Assembly: GCA_026770705.1 (NCBI GenBank)
Contig: JANJGN010000036.1
Coordinates: forward strand, 682,001-746,000
DNA from: Isurus oxyrinchus
Taxonomy: Eukaryota
Length of the DNA stretch: 64,000 bases
Direction of reading: 5' to 3'
Positions 1 through 12,365 of the stretch are shown here, piece after piece. How positions within the stretch are numbered: the first letter of the stretch is position 1; every line of letters starts with the position of its first letter. The notes beneath the pieces were generated by a model that was given only the letters and a program-made list of their open reading frames with translations, did not search any database and was not told where the DNA came from. A program made the position numbers and the translations under genes.

Positions 1-9
1 GAGATGATT

Positions 10-470
10 TTTCACTGGGTTGATGTTATATATTTCTGTGACAACTTAATGTCATAACTATTAAAAAACTGGCTTGGGAACCCTTGGTTAGCTGAGGGCT
101 GGATAGTTTTGTTGGCGATTAAACTCTGATCTTTATAAACCCTGGTGATTCCTGTTCCGAATGGATGGAAACATTCCCAAATCAGTGCCGGCTTATTCTG
201 CTGTAAACACACATTCTGCACAGAAATACCGAGAGTATTTTGGGAAACTTATTACAAGATGCAGATGGTAAAGGTCATTCTGCTAAACACAGCTCATCCG
301 CCCGGCAATGTTCTGTCCTCCTCAACTTGCAGGAAAACACCTGTTTTTTAAATTTAAAAAATCAGGGGGTTCGCAACCGCCTCCCTATTGTCCCCAGCCA
401 GAGAACCATTCTTAGAGCTGATCACTCTGTGTGTCAGTGACATTCAGACATCAGTCCTAATATCCTGAAT
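10..470 (-). other. Unidentified decayed coding-like block X, copy 1
   Basis: Homologous to 20330-20860 and 36370-36890. Shared peptide ..ELCLAE..SASCN..VQNVxLQxNKPxLIWExFxP..DQSLIxNxxIQ. Confidence 0.5.
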
Positions 471-529
471 GGCTAATCCGACCGAAACATGGCAGATGGA
501 GAAGGCCATTCGGTTCCTCTCTTGACAAA

Positions 530-1220
530 AACAAAAACAAAAATACCTGGAAAAACTCAGCAGGTCTGACAGCATCTGTGGAGAGGAACACTGCTGACAT
601 TTCGATGCGGTATGACTCTTCATCAGAACTAAAAAAACCATAAATGAGGTGGAATATAAGATGGTTGAAAGGCGGTGAGACAGGTAGAGCTGGATAGAGG
701 GCCAGTGGGGGAAAAGAAGAGATTTCCAAAGGTGTCATAGACAAAAGGACAAAGGTGTCTTGACGGTGGTGATATTAGCTGAGGAATGTGTTATTGATGA
801 CATTAAGGGTAGAAAGCAGGACGAGCAAGTGGCATATAGCCCTAGTGAGGGTGGGGTGGGGGAAAGGGATCGAAATAGTTTAAAAAGTGGAGATAAATCA
901 ATGGATGGATATACATTTTAAAATAATGGAAATAGGTGGGAAAAGAAAAAAATATATAGAAAAATATAAAGTATTGGAAAAAAGGGGATCGAAAAGGGTG
1001 TGGGGATGGAGGAGAGAGTTCATGGTCTAAAGTTGTTGAACTGAATATTAAGTACCGAAGGCTGTAAAGTGCTTAGACGGAAGATGAGGTGCTGTTCCTC
1101 GATTTTGCTTTGCGCTTCACTCGAACATTGCAGCAGGACAAGGACGGACATGTGGGCATGAGAGCAGGGTGGAGTGTTAAAATGGCAAGCGACAAGGAGG
1201 TCTGGGTCATGCTTACAGAG
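530..1220 (-). mobile_element. Penelope-like element 3' fragment (GIY-YIG C-terminus plus terminal repeat with hammerhead-like core)
   Basis: The minus strand encodes HDPDLLVACHFNTPPCSHAHMSVL..EEQHLIFRL..LNIQFNNFR. The tail contains CTGATGA..GAAA at ~595-630. Confidence 0.75.
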
Positions 1221-1899
1221 CTGTCAGCAATTGTTTCAACTCTACAGAGCATCGGGGTATTTTAATGATGTAGTGTTGGATTTGAGCCGATTATCACTGT
1301 CACTGTTCATTGTCATAATTATGTATTCTAAATAAATCAGAGAAGATTTTATAAATGAGTTCCACAAAATATTGCCCGCAAATTTATTCATGGATCATTC
1401 TGCAGGTGAAACTGATTAATTGATATTCAACCCATTTTGGATACCTGTACGACTCAAAATGTTAGTTAATGGACACCAGGTTGAACGGTTTACGTCGGGT
1501 CACGAAATTGCTGGCCCTGGTTTGGAGGTTATACCTTTCAGGAAATATTGAACAGGCTGAGGCTCTTTCCTCTAGAAAAGTGGACAATGAGGGTGTGACC
1601 TGAAAGAGGCCTTTAAAACACAGAGAATATTCCATATTGTAGACGTAAAGAAACGTTTCCACTTTTGTGAGCGGGACCAGAACACTACAGCGGGGCCATC
1701 AGTGTAAGATATTCACGAATATATCCAATGGCGAATTAAGGAGAAACATTTTACCCAGGGAGTGGGGATAATGTGGGACTCATTCCCACAGGGACTTATC
1801 GAGGTGAACCGCAGGGATGGACCGAAGGAGGAAGCTGGATAAGTACATGATGGAGAAAGGAATAGAAGGATATGTCGATGGGGTGGGGTGAAGAGGCGG

Positions 1900-3540
1900 G
1901 TAGGTGGAAACTAATATCAGCAGGAAGGTTATATTGGAGAAATTAATGGAGCTGAAAGTTGATGAATGCCTGGCACCTTATAATCTGCATCCCAGGCTGA
2001 TGAAAGAGTTTGCTGTAGAGATAGTGGGTGCTTTGGTGATCATTTTCCTAAATTTTAAAGATTCTGGAAAGTTTCCCGAAATTTGGAAGGTAGCAAATGT
2101 CATCCCCTATTTAAGAAGGGACGGAGAGAGAAAATCAGGCGTACAGACCTGTTAACTTTACATTAGTAGTAAGAAAAACGCTAGAATCTATTATAAAGGA
2201 TGTGATAAATAATATTTGTTTAATCATGGTCTGGTTGGGCATAGAGAGGGTGGATTTGCAAATGGGAAACTACGATTGACGAACTTGTTGGAGTTTTTTG
2301 AGGAACGTCCTAACATAATTGTTAAAGGAAAGTCGATGGACATAGAACACTTGGATCTTCAGAAAGCTTTTGATAAAGTACCCCCTCCCCCCCCCCCCCA
2401 ACAAGAGATTGATTAGCAAAATAAAAGCAGACTGGAGAGGAGGCAATAAACCGGCAAAGGTTAAGGCTTGGGTAACAGGCAGAAAACAGGGAGTAGGAAT
2501 AAATTGAACCTTCATGCATTGGCAGGCTGTGACTAGTCGGATACCACAAGGATCAATACTTGGGCCACTGCTATTCACAATGTATATCAAAGGTTTGGAT
2601 GTAGGGACCAAATGCAATATTTCCAACTTCACAGATGATACAATGTTAGTCGGGAATGATTGGTGTGAGGAAGGTGTAAAGTGGCTGCAGGATGATTTGG
2701 ACAGACTTAGTGAATGGGCCACAACATGGCAGATGGAATATATTATGAGAAAATGTGAGGTGATTCACTTTAGGAGAATGGATAGATGTGTAAAGTGTTT
2801 CCTAAATGGCAAGATATTAGAAAGTGTAGATTTGGAACGGCATCAGAGTGTCGTTGCCCATAAGTCACTGAAGACTAACATGCAGGTGCAGCAATCTGTT
2901 AGGAGGGCGAAGGGGATGTTTGTCTTCATCTCAAGTGGGATTGAGTACAGGAGTAGTGAAGTAGAACCTTGTTTAGACCGCAACTGGAGTGCTGCTAACA
3001 GTCTTGGTCCTCTTACATCAGAAAGGATATTATTGTCATAGAGTGAGTGCAATGAAGGTTCAGCAGACTTGTTCCGGCGATGGTGGGGCTGTGTTATGAA
3101 AAGGTATGGGAAAAACTGGGCCTTTATTCTCTCGAGTTCTGCAAAATGAGAGATGGTCACTTTGAAACCTACAAAATACTGAAAGGACTAGACAGGGTAG
3201 ACTCAGGTGCGATGTTTCCCCTGGTTTTGGAGTCTAGAACCGGGGGGTAAGGCGCACCATTTCAACATAAAGGGAAAGCCCCTTAGGACCAAGGTGATGA
3301 GAAATTTCTTCACTTAGAGGGTTCTGAACCTTTAGGATTCTCCACCCCAGCGGACCCTGGAACTCAGTCATTGAATATGTTTAAGGTGCAGATTGGTAGT
3401 TTTCTCATAAACAATTAACTAAATGGTTATGGGGATAGTATGGGTAAAAGGCATTGAAGTGTTCAATCAGCCATGATCGTATTGAATGGTGGAGCAGGCA
3501 CAGCTGGCTGAATGGCCTTCTCCTGCTCCGGTGCTCCTAC
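1900..3540 (+). mobile_element. CR1-type LINE, 5'-truncated, decayed RT
   Basis: WKVANV, LTNLLEFFE, DLQKAFDKVP, IPQGSILGPLLF, FTDDT; CR1-type 3' tail. Confidence 0.92.
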
Positions 3541-3789
3541 GGAAGGAGGATCGTATGGAGCAGAAACACCGGCACAGAGCAGATGGTTCATACTCCGCTG
3601 ATCCACAGAAGTAATTCGGACAGAACTAAACAGGCGGGAAGGGAAATTCTGGCTAAAACAGTTACTAAGATATTAGCATATGATTCCAGGTTTCTTCATT
3701 CTGGTGTGTTCCTGTTGAAACCAGAATAAACTAATCTGTTCTCGATGAATTAAACATGAGCAGTAATGTTATTGGATTCAGCACCACTG

Positions 3790-3955
3790 CCTTTTGACCT
3801 CAGTTTGACCCAGCCTGGACTGCGCACCGCCTGTGACGCGAGTTTACCACGATCTGCAGCGTGTTGTCCTTTGCAGGTAGAGCCGTGTGTGGTCTCCTAG
3901 TCTGTAAACAGGAAACCCTCAGCTGAAAAGTGCACCACGCTGCTTTTTCCAGTGA
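3790..3955 (+). promoter_or_regulatory. Conserved type A promoter block (CRE-like, RUNX, FOX-ETS motifs)
   Basis: Near-identical to 40320-40490. Contains TGACGC, TGTGGT (3888-3893) and TGTAAACAGGAAA (3903-3915). Confidence 0.55.
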
Positions 3956-4280
3956 GTGTATATGTTTGTGTGTGTGGGCTGAGGGTAGGCTGGGGGTTGG
4001 GTGGTGGAGGGGGAAGGGGTGTTGGAGGTGTGCGGGGGGTGGGGTTTAAAGGTGGAGGGGGGGCCGGTGGTGCGTATTTCCCCCCTGTGTCCCTGGGGCC
4101 CATGTTTATCCCCCAGACAACATCATTAAAGGGATGATCTATGTCACAAGCAGATTGTTATTTGTGGGCCTTGCTCTGCGCAGTTACCGCTGCCGCACTG
4201 TTGTAGCCGCTTCTTCACAGTGCGAATTTTCTCTCTCCCGGCCATAACAGAATCTAGGGTGTTGTTTTTGAACCTCTTAG

Positions 4281-4495
4281 TTACTGTGTCTCAGGCAGTA
4301 TAGTCCCAGACACCGACGGTCCAGGTTCTCTCGCTTGGAAGTGCCTACAGTGTGCACTGTGACACAGCGATGGTGGAGAGCGGGCGGGGGCGGTTTCCTG
4401 GTATAAAACGGACGCACCTGCAACTGGTTTATCTAGTACCAGAATATAACCTTCCAACAAGGGTATTTTCGGGAGAAGTTACCAGCACATGTCGT
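4281..4495 (+). pseudogene. Truncated type A V-exon relic
   Basis: After acceptor cttag: TVSQAV*SQTPTVQVLSLGSAYSVHCDT, then a frameshifted WYK. Colinear with the 41.3-kb V relic. The 3' V and the C exon are deleted. Confidence 0.75.
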
Positions 4496-7400
4496 CTCTA
4501 TTCTCCGCTCATGTGCCTATGTCTAATTTCGGACCCCTTACCCCGTTCTCAAGTATCTCATCATTTCAATGTTTAGCTTTCTGAATTTGTAAGTCTATCT
4601 GTCTCTTTGGCGTAAAAGCGGATGTAGGGAGGTAAACTATCTTGCCATGTCAATGGTTAAATAAAAGCCCAATTTTCTGTTTAGCAATTTCTCTTCCGAT
4701 TCCTCTCAGTCATCACCTGTACTCCATTGAGCTTCCAGCACAGAAACAGTGCATTCGGCCCCTTTGCTCTCTGCTGGTGTTGCTGCTCCACACGAATCTC
4801 CCCCCACCCTTTTTTCTCAAACCATCAACATATTCTATTAGCAATTTCTTCCTCATGTGTTTACACAGATTCATCCATAAATCCATCTCTGCAAGTGACC
4901 TCAACCTCTCCCTATAGGAGTGAGTTGCATATCCGCCCCGCTCTCTGGATAAAGAGATTTCTCCTGAATTCCCGATTACATTTATCAGTGATTTGCTGAT
5001 ATTGATGCCTTCGAGTCCTGCATTCCCCCAACAAGTCCAAACATTTTTTCTACGCTTGCCTGAAAAAAATCCTTTCACAATCTTAAAGACCTCAGGTCAC
5101 TCCTCAGTCTCCTCTTTTCTGTGAGAAAAGAAGACCTCCTGATCAAACTTCCCTGACTATTATAAATCCTCATTTTTGGAATCATTCCTGCAAACTTTTC
5201 TTTTCTCTTTCCCCGTTTCTCTAGATTATTTTTATGATCTAGAGACCAGAATCATCCTAATATTGCACAAGTTGCAATGTAAAGTGGGACAGTAAAACTA
5301 GCATATAAAGGAAAAAGTACCCCAGGGCTGAAGTTTTTTAATAGGATCCTTGGCTATGGAAATATCAACTGAGGGCAATGACAGGAATCCCCCGCCATTC
5401 CCCTACAATTACAGTGCCTGTGTATTGTGTGTGCACATGTGCTCCATCCACTTCCTCAGGAGAGACCCATGAATCTTCTCGGGTTGGATAGTGTCCTTGG
5501 TCCCCCTGATGATTATTAACGTCCAGATTCCACCATGTCAGAGAACATAATGCAGCGAGTGACGAGCTTCAGCAAATATACCAACCACAAATTCTACCTT
5601 TTCTATTGATCCCAGGTTTTCCCCATTTCCTCAAATAGCATTTTAACAATGAGACTGAGTCAATATTTACTGGAAATGATCGCTAGTTAAAGAGAAACTG
5701 TCTATTTTAGTCCAGACACCCCCGACCTTCTTCAGACAGCCTTTCCGCTCCCATCACGGGTGAAAGTCCAATGTGTCCTGCTCATCCTTGAATTCAGCGT
5801 CCTGTCTTTACCCCGAGTCCATTCACTGACTACTGATGGCGGCCTCTGAAATATTGGCTGCGTTTGTCCCGGATCCAACAGCCCTGCTCCAGAGTTCACC
5901 GCCTCGATGCTTAATTTCAACAGCGCTCTTTCTACCAAGCGGCCCAGTTCCTTCTTCCTCAAACACCATCCATCCTGAATGATAGCGCCCGAAGCACTAA
6001 CAGAACAAAGACAAACTCCTTCTGCCTTCTTGACAAGTTGCGTTGCTTTCCAGATTTCCAGTGAATGGATTCGAAAATGCTTGGCAGTCCCTGACAATCA
6101 CTTTGTGCATGAACCGTTGTCTATCACAGCGACCTCCCACACATATCAAGCCGATAGTGTGCAATCTCCAGTCCTCTCTTAGGCCACGTGGTGCAATGTT
6201 TCTGCTTATTCCCCGCTCTATCCGCTACACCAGCGCCTCAAACCCTGCAAGGAGCCACACCCAAATCATCTGGGGAACACTGGACCTCCATCAGCTCCCT
6301 ACTTAAAATGACCTCAAGTCCCCAGCTTATGTCTATGCCTCTCTTCAGGAGCTCACCGTGCTAGCGCCCTACACCATTCCCCTTCCCAGATTCAGGTCTA
6401 AAGAACGGGGTGTTTCATAGTCAATCTCCTAGAGTGTGCATAAGGCATCACTGTTCGCTATGTGTTGTAGGGTAGCTGAATTAAATGATCGATTAAGATT
6501 ACAGAAAGCCAATCTGCGTAATTTAAACTAAAGAGGAACTTGCCCCAATAAATAATGATCTTGTTGTTCGAGGTGGAGTAATATTTTCAGCTGGTGTATT
6601 ATATTGAAGGGCTGCATCAGTCAGAGAAGCTGTTTGAGTATAATTTTGTGGGATAATTTTGTGAGGACTTGTATTAGTTTGACAGCTAACTCAGTTTAAC
6701 TCTGTAGTCTACAAACACAATCCAACATTTGGAATTGACTTACTGAGTGTCAGCGGTGAAAGAAAGCCGCACCCCAGAGTGCTTGACAATCAGACTTGAC
6801 AGGGCAAACTTATGTTAGAAATTCAATTATTGAATAATGACAACAGAGTAAAGGACATCACTGAGACAGAATGAAAAGTAGAGATTGGCCTGATGCTGTT
6901 GGAGTAAATGCACCATGTCTTTGTGTCCATGTTATCTATTTCCTTTTGTTCATTAGTAATATCGGAATTTACACGTTTTGGAATTTTTCCAAAGCAGACA
7001 CTGTACAAAATGCATTCTGTCAAAACAAGGACATAAGTTGATGACATAATAAGGTTGTAGAAACAAAAAAACATAAACTATTTGAACAATGATGTAAAGT
7101 CAGCATTCCTGGAGAGATACCAAAGTGTGTAAATTATAGCCTTTGGGAATGTGTTGCTCTAGTGGTTAATTCCGGAACATTGCTTGCAGTGCAACGGGAC
7201 AGATCACTTCACCCAGACGACCATGAGCATATTTTTTTTAATTTCAGGAAAGTATATAACACGATTGTTGCCGTCATTGGTGTTCCAGGTGAGTTACTGT
7301 AACCCTTGACATTGCGCAGTGTTTCTGGATTTACTCTGTGACTGATAATGTTCCATGTGCATATAGTTGTGACAGTTGTGCACATATCCGTCCAGTGATA

Positions 7401-9469
7401 TCATTTCATTAATTCAAAAATCCTGAGTTATCTCCTAGACTTTGTTCCATTGCATCATTTGAAAATGAACCTTTGTTTCTACCTCCCAGGAACTCCGAAT
7501 TTTCCAGTGACTTGCTTCTTTTGAGATTTGCATTCTGTTGTGCAGACACGGCCCTGAGGGAAACTCTGCATGGGAGTCTCAGTCAGTGTGATTTCAGCCT
7601 GTGTAAGGTCCACTAAATGGAGTGAAGCGAATGACCCCACTGGCCACGTGTCAACGGGAGCATCTGTCACTGTGGAACTGCATGTAGAGTCATGTAATTA
7701 ATGAAGCTAACGGCACAGATAGAGGCCATGTGGCCTGTCTTGGTTGCTCAGGCAGGAAAAGGAGCCACACTGGGAGCCACCCCCAGTGTGGGGATTAACC
7801 ACGTGATTGGACCTGAATACATAGGGCACGTGTGACTGGGGGTATCTGTCAGTATACAGCTATGCTGAGCAACCTGCGTGGAACATGAAATCCCAGTGTA
7901 TCATGTATCATTGGAAGTCGAAGCCTGTGATGAACTGTTTGGAATGTGGGCCTCCAGCTGGAGTGGGGCGCCTGATGCTGGTGTCTATGCATAATGGAGA
8001 GTAGCACCTCAGAAGGTGATTTTAAGCCACTGGTAAGCATCAGAAGAGCAATGTTACTATATTTAATTCCTCTTTAATACTATGTGTTGTTCGCATATGT
8101 ATAGTTATTCTAAAGACTGAAGTTGCTGTGGTGTTTCTTCATCAGGCTGCTAGTCGTGGCCCAGTGCAGTAAAGTCAGAGAATTTATGGGCACGTGTGTT
8201 TAATTATATTACCTTGCTAGCACAGGTTGTAAACTGGGAGCTTGTTCTTAATTATTTGAAGTTCGAAACTGATGACGTTTTCCTGAACAAGTTCTCATAT
8301 CTGATTAAGTGTGTCGATGCATGTAACCTGCACGTCATCCGCTTGTAGTCCAGGGAGGTGTGTCCCTGCCAGGAGACACTCCGGCAAATGAGGGCCATAG
8401 GGTTCATGCATTCACAATATAGTGAATAGCGAGAGGACAGTAAAAATACCGTTGGTAACCCGTTAAGAATGTAATAAATAGTGCACTGCATGAATAAATA
8501 TTGATTTTCAATATTATGAAATAACTGAAAATCCCATATGTTAAAAAGATCCAGTCTTCTGTCTTTCACGGTAAAAACATTGTATTCAATAGAGACTCTC
8601 CTACATTAATTAACTCTACATTACATTTTTCTCCCAAAGGGAAGCATTATCCTCATTTTTCCCCCTCAATTTCTTTGATGTTTTAAATTTCTCCGTTTGA
8701 TTACTCCTCAGCTGTCTGTTTTTTTAGGGATTAAAGTCACAGCCTGACAGTCTTCCTGACAGTTACCATGTCTCAAATGTTCTTGCACATAATATTTGCA
8801 TGCTTGGAAAATTTTGATCTGTATTTCGTAATATGACGACCAGAAATGAAGGCACAACGTTGACTGTAGTATATCAATGTTCCATAAACGATTATAACCA
8901 TTCTGATTTTATTCTTCTTCATCTATAAATAACCCCAGTGCTTTCATCACATCTTTATGGTTTTGATTGCCCTTATTTCTAGCTTGAATCACTTCTGCGG
9001 CTGTGCTCCCCCAAAATCCTGTTCCCCATCGTTTACTTTATGAATTATTTGCCTAATTTTACCTCAAATGCCTTGCACTTTGTATTATTCATTAGTTCAA
9101 TTCTTACTTGAGAGGGAATTGCTTCGTCTCAGATTTCCCTCCCTTTTCTGCATCTGAGTCCTCAACAATTGTTTATTCTTCTCCCATTTCCCCACTAAGC
9201 CTCTTGACATAGACTTTGAAGTTGCCCCCGGATGCCAATTATAATTGCTACCCATGCCAGTCCACCCTCTCTGCTCCAAAGGCAAGAAACACGAGCTGCC
9301 CTTGAACTGCTATAAAGTTGGATATTTCCTGATCTACAGCAGTTGATCTTTGCCCAGCCAATTTCCCTCAACCATCTCCTACACTTCCATTTGCGGGGTC
9401 CCCATTTGGAACATATTCGTTTGTATTGGGTTCCCTATAACCCTCATTGGAAATATTTTCCTCATTAAC

Positions 9470-9905
9470 GGCTGTGCATTTTTCAGATTTCCTGCTTCAA
9501 CCTTGGTTTTTCCAGCACTTTCATGACCATATCACTCCTATTCCATTCTTTTGTCCTGGCTTGCCTCCACATGATCCATTTCTGAATCTTCCTTTCCTTC
9601 CCCGACTTTTCCATCTCCATTTCAGCATCTAAACCTTCCACCAATATCAGACATCGAAGTCAACAGTTACCTTGAACATGCACCCTGAAATCGTGCTTCT
9701 TGTAAGAACTCTGTTCTAGCCTCCTAGTTGCTCCATCTTATTTTCTTCTGGAGCTTTGATGACACCTTCCACATCGGTGTTTCCCAAGTGAAGTATTTTT
9801 CTCCTCAGCAGAGGTTTGGCCACTTCACTGCGGTAACCTGGCCCAGCCGTGTCGATTCTATTCCCAGCATTGCTGCCCTCACTTCCTGCCCTCCCAGCCA
9901 GGACC
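9470..9905 (+). mobile_element. Highly decayed Penelope-like RT fragment
   Basis: Remnant LPFLPDFSISIS..STNI..SYL..ASCK..DDTFH..ALTSCPPSQ, resembling the C-terminal part of PLE RT. Confidence 0.55.
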
Positions 9906-10959
9906 TACAGAGGGAGCCCTTGTCCTGAGAGATTTCTCCCGCCTCTCTCTTGTGTTCAAAAACTCTCTCACTGTCAACAGAGATGCTTACAGACCCCTCC
10001 ACACTGTCAAGTGAATCATTCCCCTGAAATTGAGAGAGAAAATAAATTGGTTAGAAATTATCAAAAGATTCAGAACAAAAGAATGCACAGCAAGAGCCAA
10101 AGCTCAATTTCTCAGTTCCATAGGTAACCTCTCTGCACCTGCCAATTATCAGCACATTTCATCTCCCAATCTACATGTGTGCTCATCTAAACCTAAGCTG
10201 GCCTCAAGTAAATTCTGTTCAATCCCGAAATATTGTTGCCCATACCTCAACAGGCATACATCTCAAAGGGTCCCACGATTATTTAAACTCCTTTGAAACA
10301 CTGAAAAAATTGTCCTTCTCTCAATGTGTGTTAATCTAAAACTCTTATCTTAGCATGTAAACGCACATATATCCCTAAAGATCTTTGTGTTTCCCCTTCG
10401 TTGTACCTTCACCAGCCATTAAAGACATTGAGTTGCTTGTGTTATTCTAATTCTCCCTTCTTGCTCATTCCTTATCTTAATTGCTCCAACATTGTCTACC
10501 CTACCTTTAGCTGCTTTGTCTCTAAGCTCTAGAGTTAGTTACCCAAACACCACCGCCCCACTAAATCTCTTTCCTGTTTTAAGCCCATTGAGCCTGCTCT
10601 GCCATTCAATCTGATCATGGCTGATCGAACTCCTCAATGCCATTTACCCACAATATTCCCATAAATCTTTACATTATTGTTAATCATAAATCTATCAATA
10701 AGAGGGTGTTTTTCTGCTTTAAATACACCTTGGAAATGTAAACTGTTATCACCCTGACCCAAAAAAACTCTCAAAGAACAGGCACAACATGGAATGGGTA
10801 CAGATTGAATTCAATCCACGCTGTATCATCAATTGTCGTCATGGCAGGAATGGAATTATTTTCATAAAGACTGAAGACACCTAATAGCCCGGAGGATGAA
10901 GTGCGTCTTAGATGCAGAGAAGCACACCCTGAATTATAAGCAATAAAACACTTCTAAGA

Positions 10960-12365
10960 AATACAAAGATCTAGATACATAAAGAGTTATGCTCCGTATA
11001 CAGTGTCTCATCAAGTACTGCATTAGCAGTTACCGCATTTGTCAACTAAGGAGTTATGTTCCTTGTACACAATCACCTCAAAACATCCCAATTACATACA
11101 GAACTTTTTAAACACAGCGAATCCGCTGTACGCTGTCCTATAGAACACTAAATCTCGAAATATACAACGCAGGTTAGATACATATTAATCATCCTTTTAC
11201 AGTCCAGAAATACAAGTCAAACTTCCCTCTAAAATGTCACATCAACCATGCTCTGAGCAAAGGTTCAATCCTGACTTAATCTCCCTTTACGCTGTTCCAT
11301 CACATTATGCAAGGGCAGGTGAAGCACAAGTTAGACACAGAGTAAATCTCCCTCGATACACTGTTCCACAAAACATTCTTATTGATGGTACAGCAGGTTT
11401 TAGACACAGAGTAACTCTCCATCTGCACTGTTCAATAAAGTACTCCAGTAAATTATAGCAGGGGTTATATACAGCTTCAACATAGAGGTACAGCTGTCCT
11501 TTCAAATATTGCCAGGAATGGTACATAACCGGTTTGGTAGAGGCTAATGTTTCCCCTGCAGTCGATTACTATTGTAAGACCAAGAAAAGCATGGCTTGGA
11601 TATAGTGTAAATGTCACATTTAAATCTCACAACATCAAATCATTGGCATGTATAGCTTGGGTTATATCCCGATTACAATTTCTTCCACCCTGCCGCATTT
11701 CATTCATGGAATGTACATCAGGGTACACACAGAATAATAATGCTTCCTTTACACTATCACCAGAACGTATCAGGGCAGGTCCAGCACAGGGTATTGTTGT
11801 CTCTATGTTCTCCCATCAAACACCCGGTTCAGGTACAGAAAAAGGTTAGATGCAGAGTAAATTACACTGGGTACTTGAAGATCAGTATCATGGAAGAACA
11901 AGCAGTTCTTGGATAAAGCATAAATCTGGACGTATAGAGTCCAGAAAAACACAGCCAAGGAGTGTTTATCGTACCCACGTGGATAAAGAGGAAAGCTCAC
12001 TCTACAATGTCCCAGCAAACACCCCCAGGACAAGCTCAGCAAGGGGTTAGAGATAGAATAAAGCACCCTCTACATTGTCCCCGTCAAACTCTCCCGGGAC
12101 AGGTACATCACGGGGTTAGATACAGAGTAAATCTCCCTCTACACTGTCCCCATCAAACTCTCCCAGGACAGGTACATCACGGGGTTAGATACAGATTAAA
12201 TCTCCTTCGGCACTGTCCCCATCAAACACTGAGCTGATAAGTATATAACGGGTTGGATATAGATTTAAGCTCCCTGTGCACTGTTCCATGAAAAACCCCA
12301 GGACAGTTAGAGCACGGTTGAGACACACAATAAATCTGCCTCTATATTGTTCCATCAACAGTCAT
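10960..12365. repeat. Degenerate ~69-bp tandem repeat array
   Basis: Unit GGGGTTAGATACAGAGTAAATCTCCCTCTACACTGTCCCCATCAAACTCTCCCAGGACAGGTACATCAC (12112-12180). It decays progressively towards the 5' end. Confidence 0.85.

Noticed and set aside
10960-12365. CRISPR-like array or repeat protein
   Set aside because: Head-to-tail 69-bp satellite without unique spacers, in vertebrate DNA; the 23-aa periodic ORF is incidental.
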